Shown one piece after another: positions 50,420-60,947 of a stretch of 64,000 nt of DNA. Numbering within the stretch: position 1 is the stretch's first letter; every line of letters begins with the position of its first letter. Origin of the DNA: Spirulina sp. (GTDB lineage: Bacteria > Cyanobacteriota > Cyanobacteriia > Phormidesmidales > Phormidesmidaceae); the NCBI GenBank assembly GCA_044070495.1, contig JBIPSI010000002.1, positions 192,001 through 256,000 of the forward strand, given 5' to 3'. The notes under the pieces are model-generated. The model did not search any database, was not told the DNA's origin, and saw only the letters and a list, made by a program, of their open reading frames with translations. The position numbers were made by a program, and so were the translations under genes.

Positions 50420-51409
50420 ATGGCAGCGTCGCCCGATTTCCCGATGTTCCAGACCCCGGATGGGTCGGATGCTCCATCGTCACCGGATGTTGCCCCTACG
50501 GCAAGGACTTCGGTGGCGATGACACCCATCTACCCACCGCCGCTTCAGCCTGGGGATCGCCTTGCCGTGATTGCCCCCAGTGGTGCCCTGCGAGAGTTGG
50601 ACTCCTTTAAACAAGGGCTGGATCTATGGCGCAGTTGGGGCTTTGAGGTAGACGTACCCGCTGTCGTGGGGCAGAAGTGGGGATATCTGGCAGGGCGAGA
50701 TGAAGACCGTCGTCAAGCCTGGATCGAGGCGCTAACGAACCCCAACTACAAGGCCATCCTCTGCGCCAGGGGTGGCTACGGCGGGGCCAGAGTGTTGGAG
50801 CAGTGGCAGTGGCCCGATCCGCTGCTGCCCAAGTGGTTGGTGGGTTTTTCGGATATCACCAGCCTGCTGTGGGGCTTGGCGGGGCAGGGCATCGTGGGGA
50901 TCCACGGGCCGCTGATGACCACCCTTGCCACGGAACCCGCATGGTCGCAGCAGCGGCTTAGGGACTTGCTGATGGGGCAGCCTGTTCCCTCTATTCGCGG
51001 CCTGGGCTGGGGCGGCGGGCGGGTAACGGGGAGACTGCTACCCGCCAACTTGACCGTGGCCACCCACCTGCTGGGTACTCCCTACGAACCCAATCTGGAC
51101 GGGGTGATTTTGGCCCTGGAGGACGTTACTGAAGCCCCCTACCGCATCGACCGAATGCTGACCCAATGGCGCATGATGGGCAAATTTCAGGGGGTGAAGG
51201 GCATTGCCCTAGGGCGCTTCAGCCGTTGTGAGCCGCCCGATAACGTGCCTAGCTTCACCGTGGAGGAGGTGCTGCGGGATCGCCTGGGGGATCTGGACAT
51301 TCCCATCGTCTCTAGCCTGCCCTTTGGCCACGATGGCGACAACGCCGCCCTGCCCGTGGGGGTGATGGCCCACCTCAACGGCGACCAGGGCATCCTGGCC
51401 ATTCTTTAA
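50420..51409 (+). CDS. LD-carboxypeptidase (peptidase S66)
   Basis: IAPSG, ARGGYG, GFSDIT, LEDVTE...RIDRML and FGH; start uncertain (50420 or 50519). Confidence 0.9.
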   Translation: MAASPDFPMFQTPDGSDAPSSPDVAPTARTSVAMTPIYPPPLQPGDRLAVIAPSGALRELDSFKQGLDLWRSWGFEVDVPAVVGQKWGYLAGRDEDRRQAWIEALTNPNYKAILCARGGYGGARVLEQWQWPDPLLPKWLVGFSDITSLLWGLAGQGIVGIHGPLMTTLATEPAWSQQRLRDLLMGQPVPSIRGLGWGGGRVTGRLLPANLTVATHLLGTPYEPNLDGVILALEDVTEAPYRIDRMLTQWRMMGKFQGVKGIALGRFSRCEPPDNVPSFTVEEVLRDRLGDLDIPIVSSLPFGHDGDNAALPVGVMAHLNGDQGILAIL

Positions 51410-51887
51410 GGGCCAAGGCTTCGTGCTTCTCTTTCCTTGGGAGGACAATGTTTGCCTACATCGAAAAAAGGTATAACATGCTTAGGAGTATAGTGACCTA
51501 TCCTCGGCCTAGCGCTCCTTAGGGGGCATTTTCCATAGGATCATGGTTGTTGAGACCAACGCTTTCAGGGCCATTTAGGATATCTAGTCCTAGGAAATCT
51601 CGGTGATAGGTTGCCTGAGTGTAGCGTCCCTGGAGATTGGGTATAACCGTTCTAGGGATAGTATGGTGAGCAATACATGGGTGAGCAGCGTATGAGCCAG
51701 CCGGATCCACTCCACAGCCAGCCCCGGAACTCTCCATGGGCGGTGGGGCTTAGTGCCGTTGGTGCTGGTCAACATGGTCTTTCTGAAAGCCGATTTTCCA
51801 TGGGTTTTCTGGCTAAGGTCTGCTCTCCTAGGGTTTGCTTCACTAAATGCCGTCAGTTTTTTGTTTTTCTTGGTCTAACGCCGAACC

Positions 51888-53492
51888 TTGTCTGCTAGTG
51901 CCCCTTTGCCACCATCGACCGATGCCAGGGGGTGTTTCGTAAGCCCCCGGCCATTTTCGGCTGAGGGGGTAGCGTCTTCATACCAAACTGGCATCCGTTG
52001 GCTGACGGACGACATGCTGTTTCACTACCAGCGCTGTCATCGGCGGGCGTTTTTAGATGTTTACGGCGATGCCAATCAGCAGGATCCGCCCTCCGACTAC
52101 CTCCTCAAGCTGCGTCAAGACAGTGCCGACCACCGGGAGACGGTGCTGCAAACCTTTCAGCCGCTGCATCGACCCCAGTTTGCCTCCGGAGACTGGGCGG
52201 CGGGGGCCAAAGCCACCCTAGATTTGATGGCCCAGGGGGTCGAGGCCATTCATCAGGCGGTGCTAACCATGCCATCGCCCGTGGCGGGGGTGCAGTTCGT
52301 CAGTCGGCCCGATGTGTTGATTAAACAGCCGGGATGGTCGTGCTGGGGAGACTGGACCTATGCGCCCATTGATATCAAGCTGGGCAAAAAGCCCAAGCTC
52401 GACTACCAGGTGGTGGGGGTTTACCATGCCTACGTGCTCTCAAGGGTGCAGGGGGTGTGGCCCACCCATAGTTACCTCGCCCTGCGCGGTGGCCAACTCT
52501 ATCCCATAGATCTGGGGCGTCTGGTGGTGAAGCTGCAAGATACCCTCAACCATTGCCTCCAAGACCTGCGGTCGCCCCAGCCCCCCGAACTGTTTATTTC
52601 CCATAGCCGCTGCGACCTTTGCCACTGGTTTGGCCACTGCTACGGGGAGGCCAAGGCCCAGCGTCACCTCTCCCTGCTGCCCGGAGTGACCCCAGCCCGC
52701 TACGACTTTTTGCGGCAGCATCACATCACCACCGTGGAATCCCTCGCCCAAACCTCCCCCCTTTACCTGGCCCCGCTCCCTGGCTTTGGCGAGGCGGTGG
52801 CGGAAAAGCTGATACACCAAGCCCAGGCGTTGATGGGGAATCGGGCCATTCCCCGCACCGATGCCCGCGCTCCCCATGGGTTTCCCCTATGGCCAGAGGA
52901 TTTGCCGGAGGGCGAAGTTGAGCTGTTTTTTGACATCGAATCGGCCCCCGACCAGAACCTGATTTACCTCCATGGGGTGCTGGTGGTAAATCGCATCACG
53001 GGGGAAGAAACCTTCCATGCCCTGCTGGCGGAGAGCCATCGCCAAGAGCGCCAAGCCTGGGATGATTTCCTGGCGCTGGTACACACCTACCCCGACGCTC
53101 CGGTCTACCATTTTTGCCCCTACGAGGCCCAGACGGTACGCAAACTCGGACAACGCTACGGCACCCATAGCCGCCACATTGAAGCCCTGCTGAGCCGCTT
53201 CTTTGATGTCCACAAATGTGTCACCGAAGGCGTCACTCTGCCCATCGAAAGCTATGCCCTCAAGCACATTGCCCGCTGGATCGGCTTTGACTGGCGGGAT
53301 GAAGGAGCCAACGGAGCCCAGTCGATCTGCTGGTACAACGCCTGGGCCGAAACCGGAGACCGCACCTACCTTGAGGCCATTTTGCGCTACAACGAAGACG
53401 ACTGCCGCGCCACCTACCAGGTCAAAGACTGGCTAGTCAACTTTGCGGAACCCTACTGGGAACGCCTCTATGCGGCCCAGCCCCGGATCTGA
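51888..53492 (+). CDS. TM0106 family RecB-like nuclease
   Basis: YQRCHRRAFLD, PDVL...DIKLG, CxxC, FFDIES, SYALK and YNEDDC; true start uncertain. Confidence 0.88.
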   Translation: MSASAPLPPSTDARGCFVSPRPFSAEGVASSYQTGIRWLTDDMLFHYQRCHRRAFLDVYGDANQQDPPSDYLLKLRQDSADHRETVLQTFQPLHRPQFASGDWAAGAKATLDLMAQGVEAIHQAVLTMPSPVAGVQFVSRPDVLIKQPGWSCWGDWTYAPIDIKLGKKPKLDYQVVGVYHAYVLSRVQGVWPTHSYLALRGGQLYPIDLGRLVVKLQDTLNHCLQDLRSPQPPELFISHSRCDLCHWFGHCYGEAKAQRHLSLLPGVTPARYDFLRQHHITTVESLAQTSPLYLAPLPGFGEAVAEKLIHQAQALMGNRAIPRTDARAPHGFPLWPEDLPEGEVELFFDIESAPDQNLIYLHGVLVVNRITGEETFHALLAESHRQERQAWDDFLALVHTYPDAPVYHFCPYEAQTVRKLGQRYGTHSRHIEALLSRFFDVHKCVTEGVTLPIESYALKHIARWIGFDWRDEGANGAQSICWYNAWAETGDRTYLEAILRYNEDDCRATYQVKDWLVNFAEPYWERLYAAQPRI

Positions 53493-53884
53493 ATGGGAGA
53501 GGGGCTGGGGGTGTAGCTTGCTTCAAATCTTGCTCCCTGCCACTATCCGCCGAAATTCTCCTGGAGCCGGGAGAGCAGACCGTTAAACCCGATCAAGTTT
53601 ATCAACAGTGGAAACCCTACACCCCGTCCTTGGTAGAGCACAAGGCTAGCATAGCGTCTGATACCGAACCCTGGATGAGTTGCCACACCAGCGGGATGTG
53701 TTCTGCAATGCAGTCTGGCCTCCATTAAATTAAGACCATCTATAGTATGGGCCAATTATTTCAAAGTACCGCCACAATAACTAACGTAAGCCGCTCTGGC
53801 TTGGACGTAATAATCGCCTGAGTCGCGATAATCTAAGCGACGACCGCCCCTACCCCCACTTCTTACTCCCTACCCCCAACGCTT

Positions 53885-55414
53885 ATGGTGTCTTTGATTG
53901 AAAATCCTCTGCGGGTTGGCCTTCAGCAAGACCGCATCCCGGAGCCTCAAATTCTGGTGATTTTTGGCGCGTCCGGTGACCTTACCCAGCGCAAAATTGT
54001 CCCCGCCATTTACCAAATGCGTCGGGAAAGACGCCTGCCGCCAGAACTCACCATCGTGGGCGTGGCCCGTCGGGAGTGGAGCCATGACTTCTTTCGGGAG
54101 CACCTGCGGGAGGGCATCGAGGAATTTGGCAACGGCATTGGCCATGAGGCGGTGTGGGAGGATTTTGCCAAGGGGCTGTACTACTGCCCTGGCGACATTG
54201 ACAACCCAGAGTCTTACCAAAAGCTAAAAACCCTGCTAGCGGAGCTAGACGAGCAACGGGGCACGAAGGGTAATCGAGTCTTTTACCTCTCCGTGGCCCC
54301 TCGCTTTTTTGGGGAAGCCACGCAACAATTGGGGGCAGCGGGAATGCTGGAAGACCCCGACAAACAGCGATTGATCATCGAAAAACCCTTCGGCAAAGAC
54401 TTGGCCTCGGCCCAGGTGCTCAACCGGGTGGTGCAAAAGGTCTGCGACGAACGGCAGATTTACCGCATTGACCACTATCTGGGCAAGGAAACCGTCCAAA
54501 ACCTGATGGTGTTTCGCTTTGCCAATGCCATCTTTGAACCGCTATGGAATCGGCAATTTGTCGATCACGTCCAGATCACCGTAGCGGAAACCGTGGGGTT
54601 AGAAGGTCGCGCCGGATACTACGAAACCTCCGGTGCCCTGCGGGACATGGTGCAAAACCACCTGATGCAGCTCTTTTGCCTAACGGCCATGGAGCCGCCC
54701 AACTCCCTGGATGCCGACAGCATCCGTAACGAAAAGACCAAGGTTCTCCAGGCCACCCACCTCTCGGACATTGACGACCTCAGCCAGTGCGCCGTGCGGG
54801 GGCAATATTCCGCCGGGTGGATGAAGGGTCAAGCCGTACCGGGCTATCGTGAGGAAGAGGGGGCCAACCCAGAATCCACGGTGCAAACCTTTAGCGCCCT
54901 CAAGCTCGAAATCGACAACTGGCGTTGGAAAGGGGTGCCCTTCTACATGCGTACCGGCAAGCGGATGCCCAAAAAGGTGAGCGAAATCTCCATCCACTTT
55001 AAGGAAGTACCCCATCTGATGTTTCAGTCCGCCGCCCAGCAGATGAACCACAACGTCTTGGCCCTGCGCATCCAGCCCGATGAGGGCATTTCCATGCGGT
55101 TTGAGGTGAAGACTCCGGGCAACTCCCTGCGGACGCGCTCTGTGGATATGGACTTCCGCTACGATGCCGCCTTTGGCCAAGCCAACACCGACGCCTACGC
55201 CCGCCTAATTGTGGACTGTATGCTGGCCGACCAAACCCTGTTTACCCGGGGCGACGAAGTGGAAGCCTCCTGGCGCTTGCTCACCCCGCTGCTGCAAGTG
55301 TGGGATGCCCCCGCCGACCCCGCCGCCATCCCCATGTACGAAGCGGGCACCTGGGGGCCAATGGAGGCCGAGTTTCTTTTGAACAAAGACGGTCGCCGCT
55401 GGCGCAGGTTGTAG
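53885..55414 (+). CDS. zwf: Glucose-6-phosphate 1-dehydrogenase
   Basis: [20 protein letters not shown] and RDMVQNH. Confidence 0.97.
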   Translation: MVSLIENPLRVGLQQDRIPEPQILVIFGASGDLTQRKIVPAIYQMRRERRLPPELTIVGVARREWSHDFFREHLREGIEEFGNGIGHEAVWEDFAKGLYYCPGDIDNPESYQKLKTLLAELDEQRGTKGNRVFYLSVAPRFFGEATQQLGAAGMLEDPDKQRLIIEKPFGKDLASAQVLNRVVQKVCDERQIYRIDHYLGKETVQNLMVFRFANAIFEPLWNRQFVDHVQITVAETVGLEGRAGYYETSGALRDMVQNHLMQLFCLTAMEPPNSLDADSIRNEKTKVLQATHLSDIDDLSQCAVRGQYSAGWMKGQAVPGYREEEGANPESTVQTFSALKLEIDNWRWKGVPFYMRTGKRMPKKVSEISIHFKEVPHLMFQSAAQQMNHNVLALRIQPDEGISMRFEVKTPGNSLRTRSVDMDFRYDAAFGQANTDAYARLIVDCMLADQTLFTRGDEVEASWRLLTPLLQVWDAPADPAAIPMYEAGTWGPMEAEFLLNKDGRRWRRL

Positions 55415-55474
55415 CGTCTGTCCGACATCCAGAATTCCCAAAGCACCGGATCCCCACGGTACCGAATATCCCCT

Positions 55475-55501
55475 GTAGGGACGGGGTGACCCCGCCCCTA
55501 C
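55475..55501. repeat. GTAG-type REP palindrome
   Basis: GTAGGGACGGGGTGACCCCGCCCCTAC in the zwf-opcA spacer. Confidence 0.78.
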
Positions 55502-55528
55502 CCACCCACCCATCCACCCGAAACCACC

Positions 55529-56878
55529 ATGACTATGACTCCCACCGTTGCGCTACAAAAGCCGAAGGACATCTCCATCGATGAGATTGAGTCGGAACTG
55601 CGAAATATTTGGCGACAGCAGGAAGCTGGGGCAGCGGCCCCCGTGGCCACGCGAGCCAGTACCTTTACGATGGTGATCTACGAACCGGAAGAGGTGCAGC
55701 AGATCCTCGCGGCCCTGGAGTTTTATCCTGGCCCCATCGATGGCAACCATGGCCCCCTCACCCGTGAGGCCATTCGTCAGGCCCAAATTGCCTACGATCT
55801 GCGGGTGACGGGCCGCATCGATCCGCCCACCTTGGCCAAGGTACGCCAGGAATATACCCAGCTTTCCCAGGCCCAGAAGAAGTACAACAACCCCGACCTG
55901 CGCGGCTTTAACCTGAGTGAATCTATTTCCGCCCACAACCCCTGCCGGGTGATCACCCTCTGCCCCACCTTTGGCGAAGATACGGGGGTGACGGCTCAAG
56001 TTTCCGCCTATTGCCCGGTGCAAAAGAAAAGCGCCAGCAACCTGATCTGCTGCGAATACATCACCCTGCGCGGCACCAAGGCGGCCTTAGAGCGAGTGAG
56101 CGATCTAGTGGCATCCCTGATTTTGCCGGAACTGCCCCGGTTTGTGTGGTGGAAGGCCACCCCCAGCCCAGAACAGCCGATTTTCCAAAACCTGGCCAAA
56201 TCCAGCAACTGCATCATCGTCGATTCCAGCTACTTCAGTGACGCCGAGGCCGAACTCCACACCATGCAGTGCCTCGTCGAAGAAGGTATCACCATCGCCG
56301 ACCTCAACTGGCACCGCCTCGCGCCCTGGCAGGAACTCACCGCCGCCGCCTACGACCCCCCAGAACGGCGGGAATCGCTTCAGGATGTAGACCGAATCAG
56401 CGTGGACTACGAGCAGGGCAACGCCGCCCAAGCCTTGATGTACCTGGGTTGGTTTGCCAGCCGCCTAGACTGGGAGCCCGTGGACTACACCGAGCAAGGC
56501 GGCGTCTACAACCTCAAAACCCTGCACTTTCGGGGGCCAAACGGCATTGAAATTGAGGCCGAACTGGCGGGCATCCCCGTGGCCGATTCCGGCGAAGTGA
56601 TCGGCGACCTCACCGGGATTCGGCTGATTTCCACCAACCCCAACGCCAACTGCTGCACCATTCTTTGCTCCGAAACCACGGGCTGTATGCGCATGGAGGC
56701 GGGCGGCGGTGCCCAGGCTTGCCAAGTGGAACAGGTAACCGCCCTCTCCGACCAAAAGGCCGACTTCATGCTAGGCCAACAGCTCCAGCGCTGGGGCGAA
56801 GATGTGCTCTACGAAGAAAGCCTCGCCATGGTGGCCAAAATGATGCGGCTGCTGCAAGGACAAGCCGATGACCGTTAG
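55529..56878 (+). CDS. opcA: G6PDH assembly protein OpcA
   Basis: Directly follows zwf; LQKPKDIS, NPCRVITL, CCEYI, WWK and DLNWHRLAPWQEL. Confidence 0.95.
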   Translation: MTMTPTVALQKPKDISIDEIESELRNIWRQQEAGAAAPVATRASTFTMVIYEPEEVQQILAALEFYPGPIDGNHGPLTREAIRQAQIAYDLRVTGRIDPPTLAKVRQEYTQLSQAQKKYNNPDLRGFNLSESISAHNPCRVITLCPTFGEDTGVTAQVSAYCPVQKKSASNLICCEYITLRGTKAALERVSDLVASLILPELPRFVWWKATPSPEQPIFQNLAKSSNCIIVDSSYFSDAEAELHTMQCLVEEGITIADLNWHRLAPWQELTAAAYDPPERRESLQDVDRISVDYEQGNAAQALMYLGWFASRLDWEPVDYTEQGGVYNLKTLHFRGPNGIEIEAELAGIPVADSGEVIGDLTGIRLISTNPNANCCTILCSETTGCMRMEAGGGAQACQVEQVTALSDQKADFMLGQQLQRWGEDVLYEESLAMVAKMMRLLQGQADDR

Positions 56879-57029
56879 AGGATGTTTGAAAAGTCCTGTT
56901 GCCTGTAGCAACGGTGACGATCCCCCTAAATCCCCCTTAGAAAGGGGGACTTTTACCCCCCTTTCTAAGGGGGGCAGGGGGGATCGGCGGGTGACTAAAG
57001 CTACAGGGGATCCCTTTGCAAACGCTCTC
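56878..57029. mobile_element. MITE (152 bp) with TTA target duplication, carrying a double-hairpin dispersed repeat
   Basis: TIRs GAGGATGTTTGAAAAG and CTTTGCAAACGCTCTC match at 12/16; TTA on both sides; interior CCCCCTAAATCCCCCTTAGAAAGGGGGAC...CCCCCTTTCTAAGGGGGGCAGGGGGGATC. Confidence 0.78.
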
Positions 57030-57098
57030 TTAGACCATCGGTTCAGACACCCGATATCTATCTGAGTAAAGCTCCAACCTCATGGGCTGAGGGCAGGT

Positions 57099-58181
57099 TC
57101 AAGCTAGGTTGACCCAGGTATTGGTTTCGTGGGCTTGGTGGGCGGTATCCATCAACCGTTGGGAAAGCACGCCTTCCACAATCGAGGGGGCGGTGGCTTG
57201 CCCTTGGTCGATGTCGTTCACCCAGTGGTTGACGACGCGCACAAAGGGGGCAATGCGGCCATCGGCGTAGGTGGTGGGAAATTCTAGCCGTTCGGGAATT
57301 GCTAATTCACTCAGGGGTGCCCCGCCCTGACTGCCCCACAGCCGAAAGCCGTGGACATAGTCGGTCAGATTATCGCTACCCAAAATCAGGGTGCCCTGGT
57401 CGCCGTAGACTTCGACCCAGTGGCCCCGTCCAGCGTAGGTAACGGAGCTAATCGCCACCTGGCAGGGGGCACCGCAGGCCAGATCAAGGGTGAGGCTACA
57501 GGTGTCGTCGGCATCCACAGGTTTGAGGGTGCCGCTGGCGGGGTCGGGCCGCTGGGGAATGGCGGTACTGAGGCGGGCACTGAGGCGTTCGATGGGGCCA
57601 AACAGCCAGGTGATGTAGTCGAAGCTGTGGGAGGCAAAGGCCCCCAGGGCACCGCCGCCCTGGGATTTTTGGGCGTACCAGTTCCAGGGGCGTTGGGCAT
57701 CAGCGCGACCGGGCACCGTCCAGTCCACTTTTACAAAGCGCAGGTTGCCCACATAGCCCTCGGCCAGCAGTTCTGCCAACCGCTGCCATGCGGGTACAAA
57801 GCGAAACTCAAAATCCAGCGTTACCACTCGCTGATGCTGCTGGGCTAGAGCTTGAATTTCCAGGGCCTCCGCGACGTTGAGGGCCGTGGGTTTTTCAAGC
57901 AGGACGTGCTTTCCGGCCTGGAGGGCGGCGGTGGCCATGCTGTGGTGCAAGAAGGGCGGTGTGGCGACGGTAACGGCCTGCACCTGGGGTAGGACCAGCA
58001 GGGCATCTACACTATCGCAGGCGTGGGGAATTTGGTGGGCATCGGCCACCGCCTGGGCCTGGGCTAGGTCTCGGTGGTAGACGGCCACAACCTCGGTGCG
58101 ATGGTGGGCCTGGAGGCCAGGAATATGCACCTTTTGGCCAAACCCAGTGCCCAAAACGCCGACGCCTAATGTGGTTGCCAT
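57099..58181 (-). CDS. Gfo/Idh/MocA family oxidoreductase
   Basis: GVLGTGFG, ATPPFLH, LLEKP and GGGALGAFASHSFD. Confidence 0.9.
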   Translation of the reverse strand: MATTLGVGVLGTGFGQKVHIPGLQAHHRTEVVAVYHRDLAQAQAVADAHQIPHACDSVDALLVLPQVQAVTVATPPFLHHSMATAALQAGKHVLLEKPTALNVAEALEIQALAQQHQRVVTLDFEFRFVPAWQRLAELLAEGYVGNLRFVKVDWTVPGRADAQRPWNWYAQKSQGGGALGAFASHSFDYITWLFGPIERLSARLSTAIPQRPDPASGTLKPVDADDTCSLTLDLACGAPCQVAISSVTYAGRGHWVEVYGDQGTLILGSDNLTDYVHGFRLWGSQGGAPLSELAIPERLEFPTTYADGRIAPFVRVVNHWVNDIDQGQATAPSIVEGVLSQRLMDTAHQAHETNTWVNLA

Positions 58182-58358
58182 CTGTGCCTTCCTTTAGGAT
58201 CTATGGTTGTGATCGTGTGGCCTTGTACCCGAGTGCCTGCGACCGACACGATGCCTAGCCCTTCGCTAGGGTAAGGATAGAATGGGCGATTGCACCATCC
58301 GTCCCCAATGGCCCATCCTACAATAGGGCTTGCCCCGCCGTGTTCCTGGTGCGCTCCG

Positions 58359-59696
58359 ATGAAGATTCCTGTGATTGGCAAACTGCGTCGTCCTTGGCTG
58401 TGGCTGGGGGGTGGTTTAGCCGTGCTGGTGGTGGCCGGGGGCGGGGTGGCTTGGACGCTGGGGCGCAATCGTCCGGCCTACAACATTGCCGACTACACTA
58501 CGGAAGCCAGCCTTCAGCCGATCACGGTGCGGATTAGCGCCAGCGGCACGGTGCGTCCAGTACAGACAGTGAATCTCAGCCCCAAAACCGCTGGAATTGT
58601 TACCGAACTGTATGTGGAGCAAGGGGATCGGGTGATCCAAGGTCAGCCCATTGCCCGCATGGATAGCGCCGACCTCGCGGCCCAGGTGGCCCAAAGTCGG
58701 GCGGCGGTGGCCGAGGCCGAGGCCACCCTCCAGGACGTGCGCCGAGGTAGTCGGCCCCAGGAAATTGCCCAGGCCGAAGCCGCCGTTACCGCCGCCCAGG
58801 CCCAGGTGCGCGATAGTCAGGCGCGGTTGGACTTAGCCACCAGCGATCTGCAACGGATTCGACAGTTACAGCAGCAGGGAGCGGTAGCGCGGACGGAACT
58901 GGACAACGCCGAGCGGGAACGGCGCAGCGCCCAGGCCGGGATAGACCAATCCCAAGCGCGTTTGCAAGAGGCCCAGGAAAGGGCCGACGACCTGCGTAAC
59001 CTGCCGGAACCCGAAGCCATTGCCCAGGCCGAAGCCCGCCTTGCCCAGGCCCAGGCCCAGTTGCAATCGGCCCTAGTGCGGTTAGACGATACCCTGATTC
59101 GTGCCCCCTTTGCGGGTACCGTCACCCAGCGCTTTGCGGCCATTGGGGCCTTTGTCACACCGACGACAACGGCCTCCGATGCCTCCTCGGCGTCCTCCAC
59201 CGCCATTGTGGCCCTGGCCCAGGATTTGGAGGTGCTGGCGGAGGTGCCCGAAGCCGACATTAGCGTGATTGAGCTGGGGCAGCGGGTGGAGGTGGTGGCC
59301 GATGCCTTCCCCGACGAAACCTTTCAGGGTCAGGTAAAATTGGTGGCCCCGGAGGCGATCAGTCGCCAGAATGTCACCCTGTTTCAGGTGCGGATCGAAC
59401 TCACCGAGGGCAAGGAACGGCTGCGGTCTAACATGAATGTGGATGTAGACTTCATCGGCGACCAACTGGCAGAGGCGCTGGTGGTGCCCACGGTGGCGGT
59501 GGTCACCCAGGCGGGGCAAACGGGGGTATTGGTGCCCGGAGATCGTCGAGAAATTCTGTTTCAGCCTGTTACCCTTGGCCCCCAGGTGGACGATCACATT
59601 CAAGTCACCAACGGCCTACAAGTGGGGGATCCGGTGTTTGTGGATTTGCCGCCGGGGCAGTCCCTCAATTCCATCACGGTGCGGCAGGAGCGCTAA
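58359..59696 (+). CDS. Efflux membrane fusion (HlyD/MacA-like) adaptor
   Basis: N-terminal TM, ASGTVRP.QTVNLSPK, coiled coil, IRAPFAG and VPEADI; start taken at MKIPVIG. Confidence 0.9.
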   Translation: MKIPVIGKLRRPWLWLGGGLAVLVVAGGGVAWTLGRNRPAYNIADYTTEASLQPITVRISASGTVRPVQTVNLSPKTAGIVTELYVEQGDRVIQGQPIARMDSADLAAQVAQSRAAVAEAEATLQDVRRGSRPQEIAQAEAAVTAAQAQVRDSQARLDLATSDLQRIRQLQQQGAVARTELDNAERERRSAQAGIDQSQARLQEAQERADDLRNLPEPEAIAQAEARLAQAQAQLQSALVRLDDTLIRAPFAGTVTQRFAAIGAFVTPTTTASDASSASSTAIVALAQDLEVLAEVPEADISVIELGQRVEVVADAFPDETFQGQVKLVAPEAISRQNVTLFQVRIELTEGKERLRSNMNVDVDFIGDQLAEALVVPTVAVVTQAGQTGVLVPGDRREILFQPVTLGPQVDDHIQVTNGLQVGDPVFVDLPPGQSLNSITVRQER

Positions 59697-59702
59697 TTTC
59701 CC

Positions 59703-60635
59703 ATGGCCAAGGCCGATCCCCACCGCGTCAAGCTGTCGCAGCTTCGCGCCCTCGTCACCATTGCCGATACGGGTTCCTTCAGCGAGGCCGCCTTGCAGAT
59801 GGACTTGTCCCAATCCGCCGTCAGCCACGCCATTGCCACCCTAGAGGATGAACTGGGGGTAATTCTGCTCAGCCGCAGCCGCCAGGGGGCCGTCCTTACG
59901 TCTGTCGGTCAGCAGATTACCGAGGAAGCCCGCCACGTCCTGCAATCCCTCCAAAACCTCTGTCATCAGGCTGATCTGGCCAAGGGGTTGCAAAGTGGCG
60001 AGGTGCGCCTAGCCGCCTTTCGCAGCGTGGCCACCCACATCTTGCCGGAGGTGATCCGCCAATTTCGAGAGCAGTATCCCCACATTCCCATCGCCATCGA
60101 CGAAAAATCCCACTACGAAATGGTGGAAGATGCGGTGCGCCAGGGCCATGCCGATGTGGGATTCACCTACCTGCCCACCAAGGCGGATTTTGAAAGCTGG
60201 GAACTGCTGCGGGATCGCTACCTGGTGCTGCTGCCCCCCACGCCATCCCCAGCCCCCACCGCCCTAAGCTGGAACGATTTAGCCGCCTATCCCCTGATTC
60301 TGCCCCCCAGCGACGACGGCGACCGTCAACACCTAGAGGGCCTGCTGCGCCGCCAGGGCCAAACCCTCAAACCCGCCTACTCCGTGCGAGAAGATTCCAC
60401 CATTCTTGGTATGGTAGAACGCGGCCTCGGAGCCACCATCATGGCCCACCTCGCCGCCCAACCCATCCCGCCCCACCTGCAAGTGGCCGAATTGCCCATT
60501 CCCCTAGAACGCACCATCGGCGTGATTGTGCTAAAAGATGCCTTATTGCCGCCCCCGGTCTACGCCTTTTTAGATCGGCTCAAAACCGTGTGGTCTATCA
60601 ATGCCTCGGCGGAGATGGGCACTCCAGCCCCGTGA
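59703..60635 (+). CDS. LysR family transcriptional regulator
   Basis: GSFSEAALQMDLSQSAVSHAIATLEDELGV helix-turn-helix. Confidence 0.94.
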   Translation: MAKADPHRVKLSQLRALVTIADTGSFSEAALQMDLSQSAVSHAIATLEDELGVILLSRSRQGAVLTSVGQQITEEARHVLQSLQNLCHQADLAKGLQSGEVRLAAFRSVATHILPEVIRQFREQYPHIPIAIDEKSHYEMVEDAVRQGHADVGFTYLPTKADFESWELLRDRYLVLLPPTPSPAPTALSWNDLAAYPLILPPSDDGDRQHLEGLLRRQGQTLKPAYSVREDSTILGMVERGLGATIMAHLAAQPIPPHLQVAELPIPLERTIGVIVLKDALLPPPVYAFLDRLKTVWSINASAEMGTPAP

Positions 60636-60947
60636 AATCTATTGCAAAAGGGCGGTCTAGGAATCCCACGCCATGGAAAACCGCAGCGTTGTTTTGAGTG
60701 CCATATCACGGCGGATTGGCATGACAAGTCTGCTTAGCTCGAAAAAAGCTATAGAAATTTGGCAGAATCTTAAGAAAATCACGTTTTCCGAACATTTCGA
60801 TTGTCTCGATGGGTAGGGTTCTGCCACCATAGAGTGCAGCTTTGGTGTGAGTTGTGTACGGTTTCCGTTGGTGGGCTATCCAACCAACATCGTCACAAAG
60901 CCTTGTTTTCAGTCCCCTGTTCAGAATTCCTTGTGTTGGATAAATCC

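Noticed and set aside
38309..53492. Uma2 and TM0106 nucleases as a defence system
   Set aside because: Both are solitary, widespread cyanobacterial genes about 13 kb apart with no defence-associated neighbours.
55680..55860. Peptidoglycan-binding-like segment inside OpcA
   Set aside because: To my knowledge a common feature of cyanobacterial OpcA, so not novel.
56868..57065. 65-aa ORF after opcA and ORF 9858-10244
   Set aside because: Translations of MITE sequence or of the antisense strand of ybaB.
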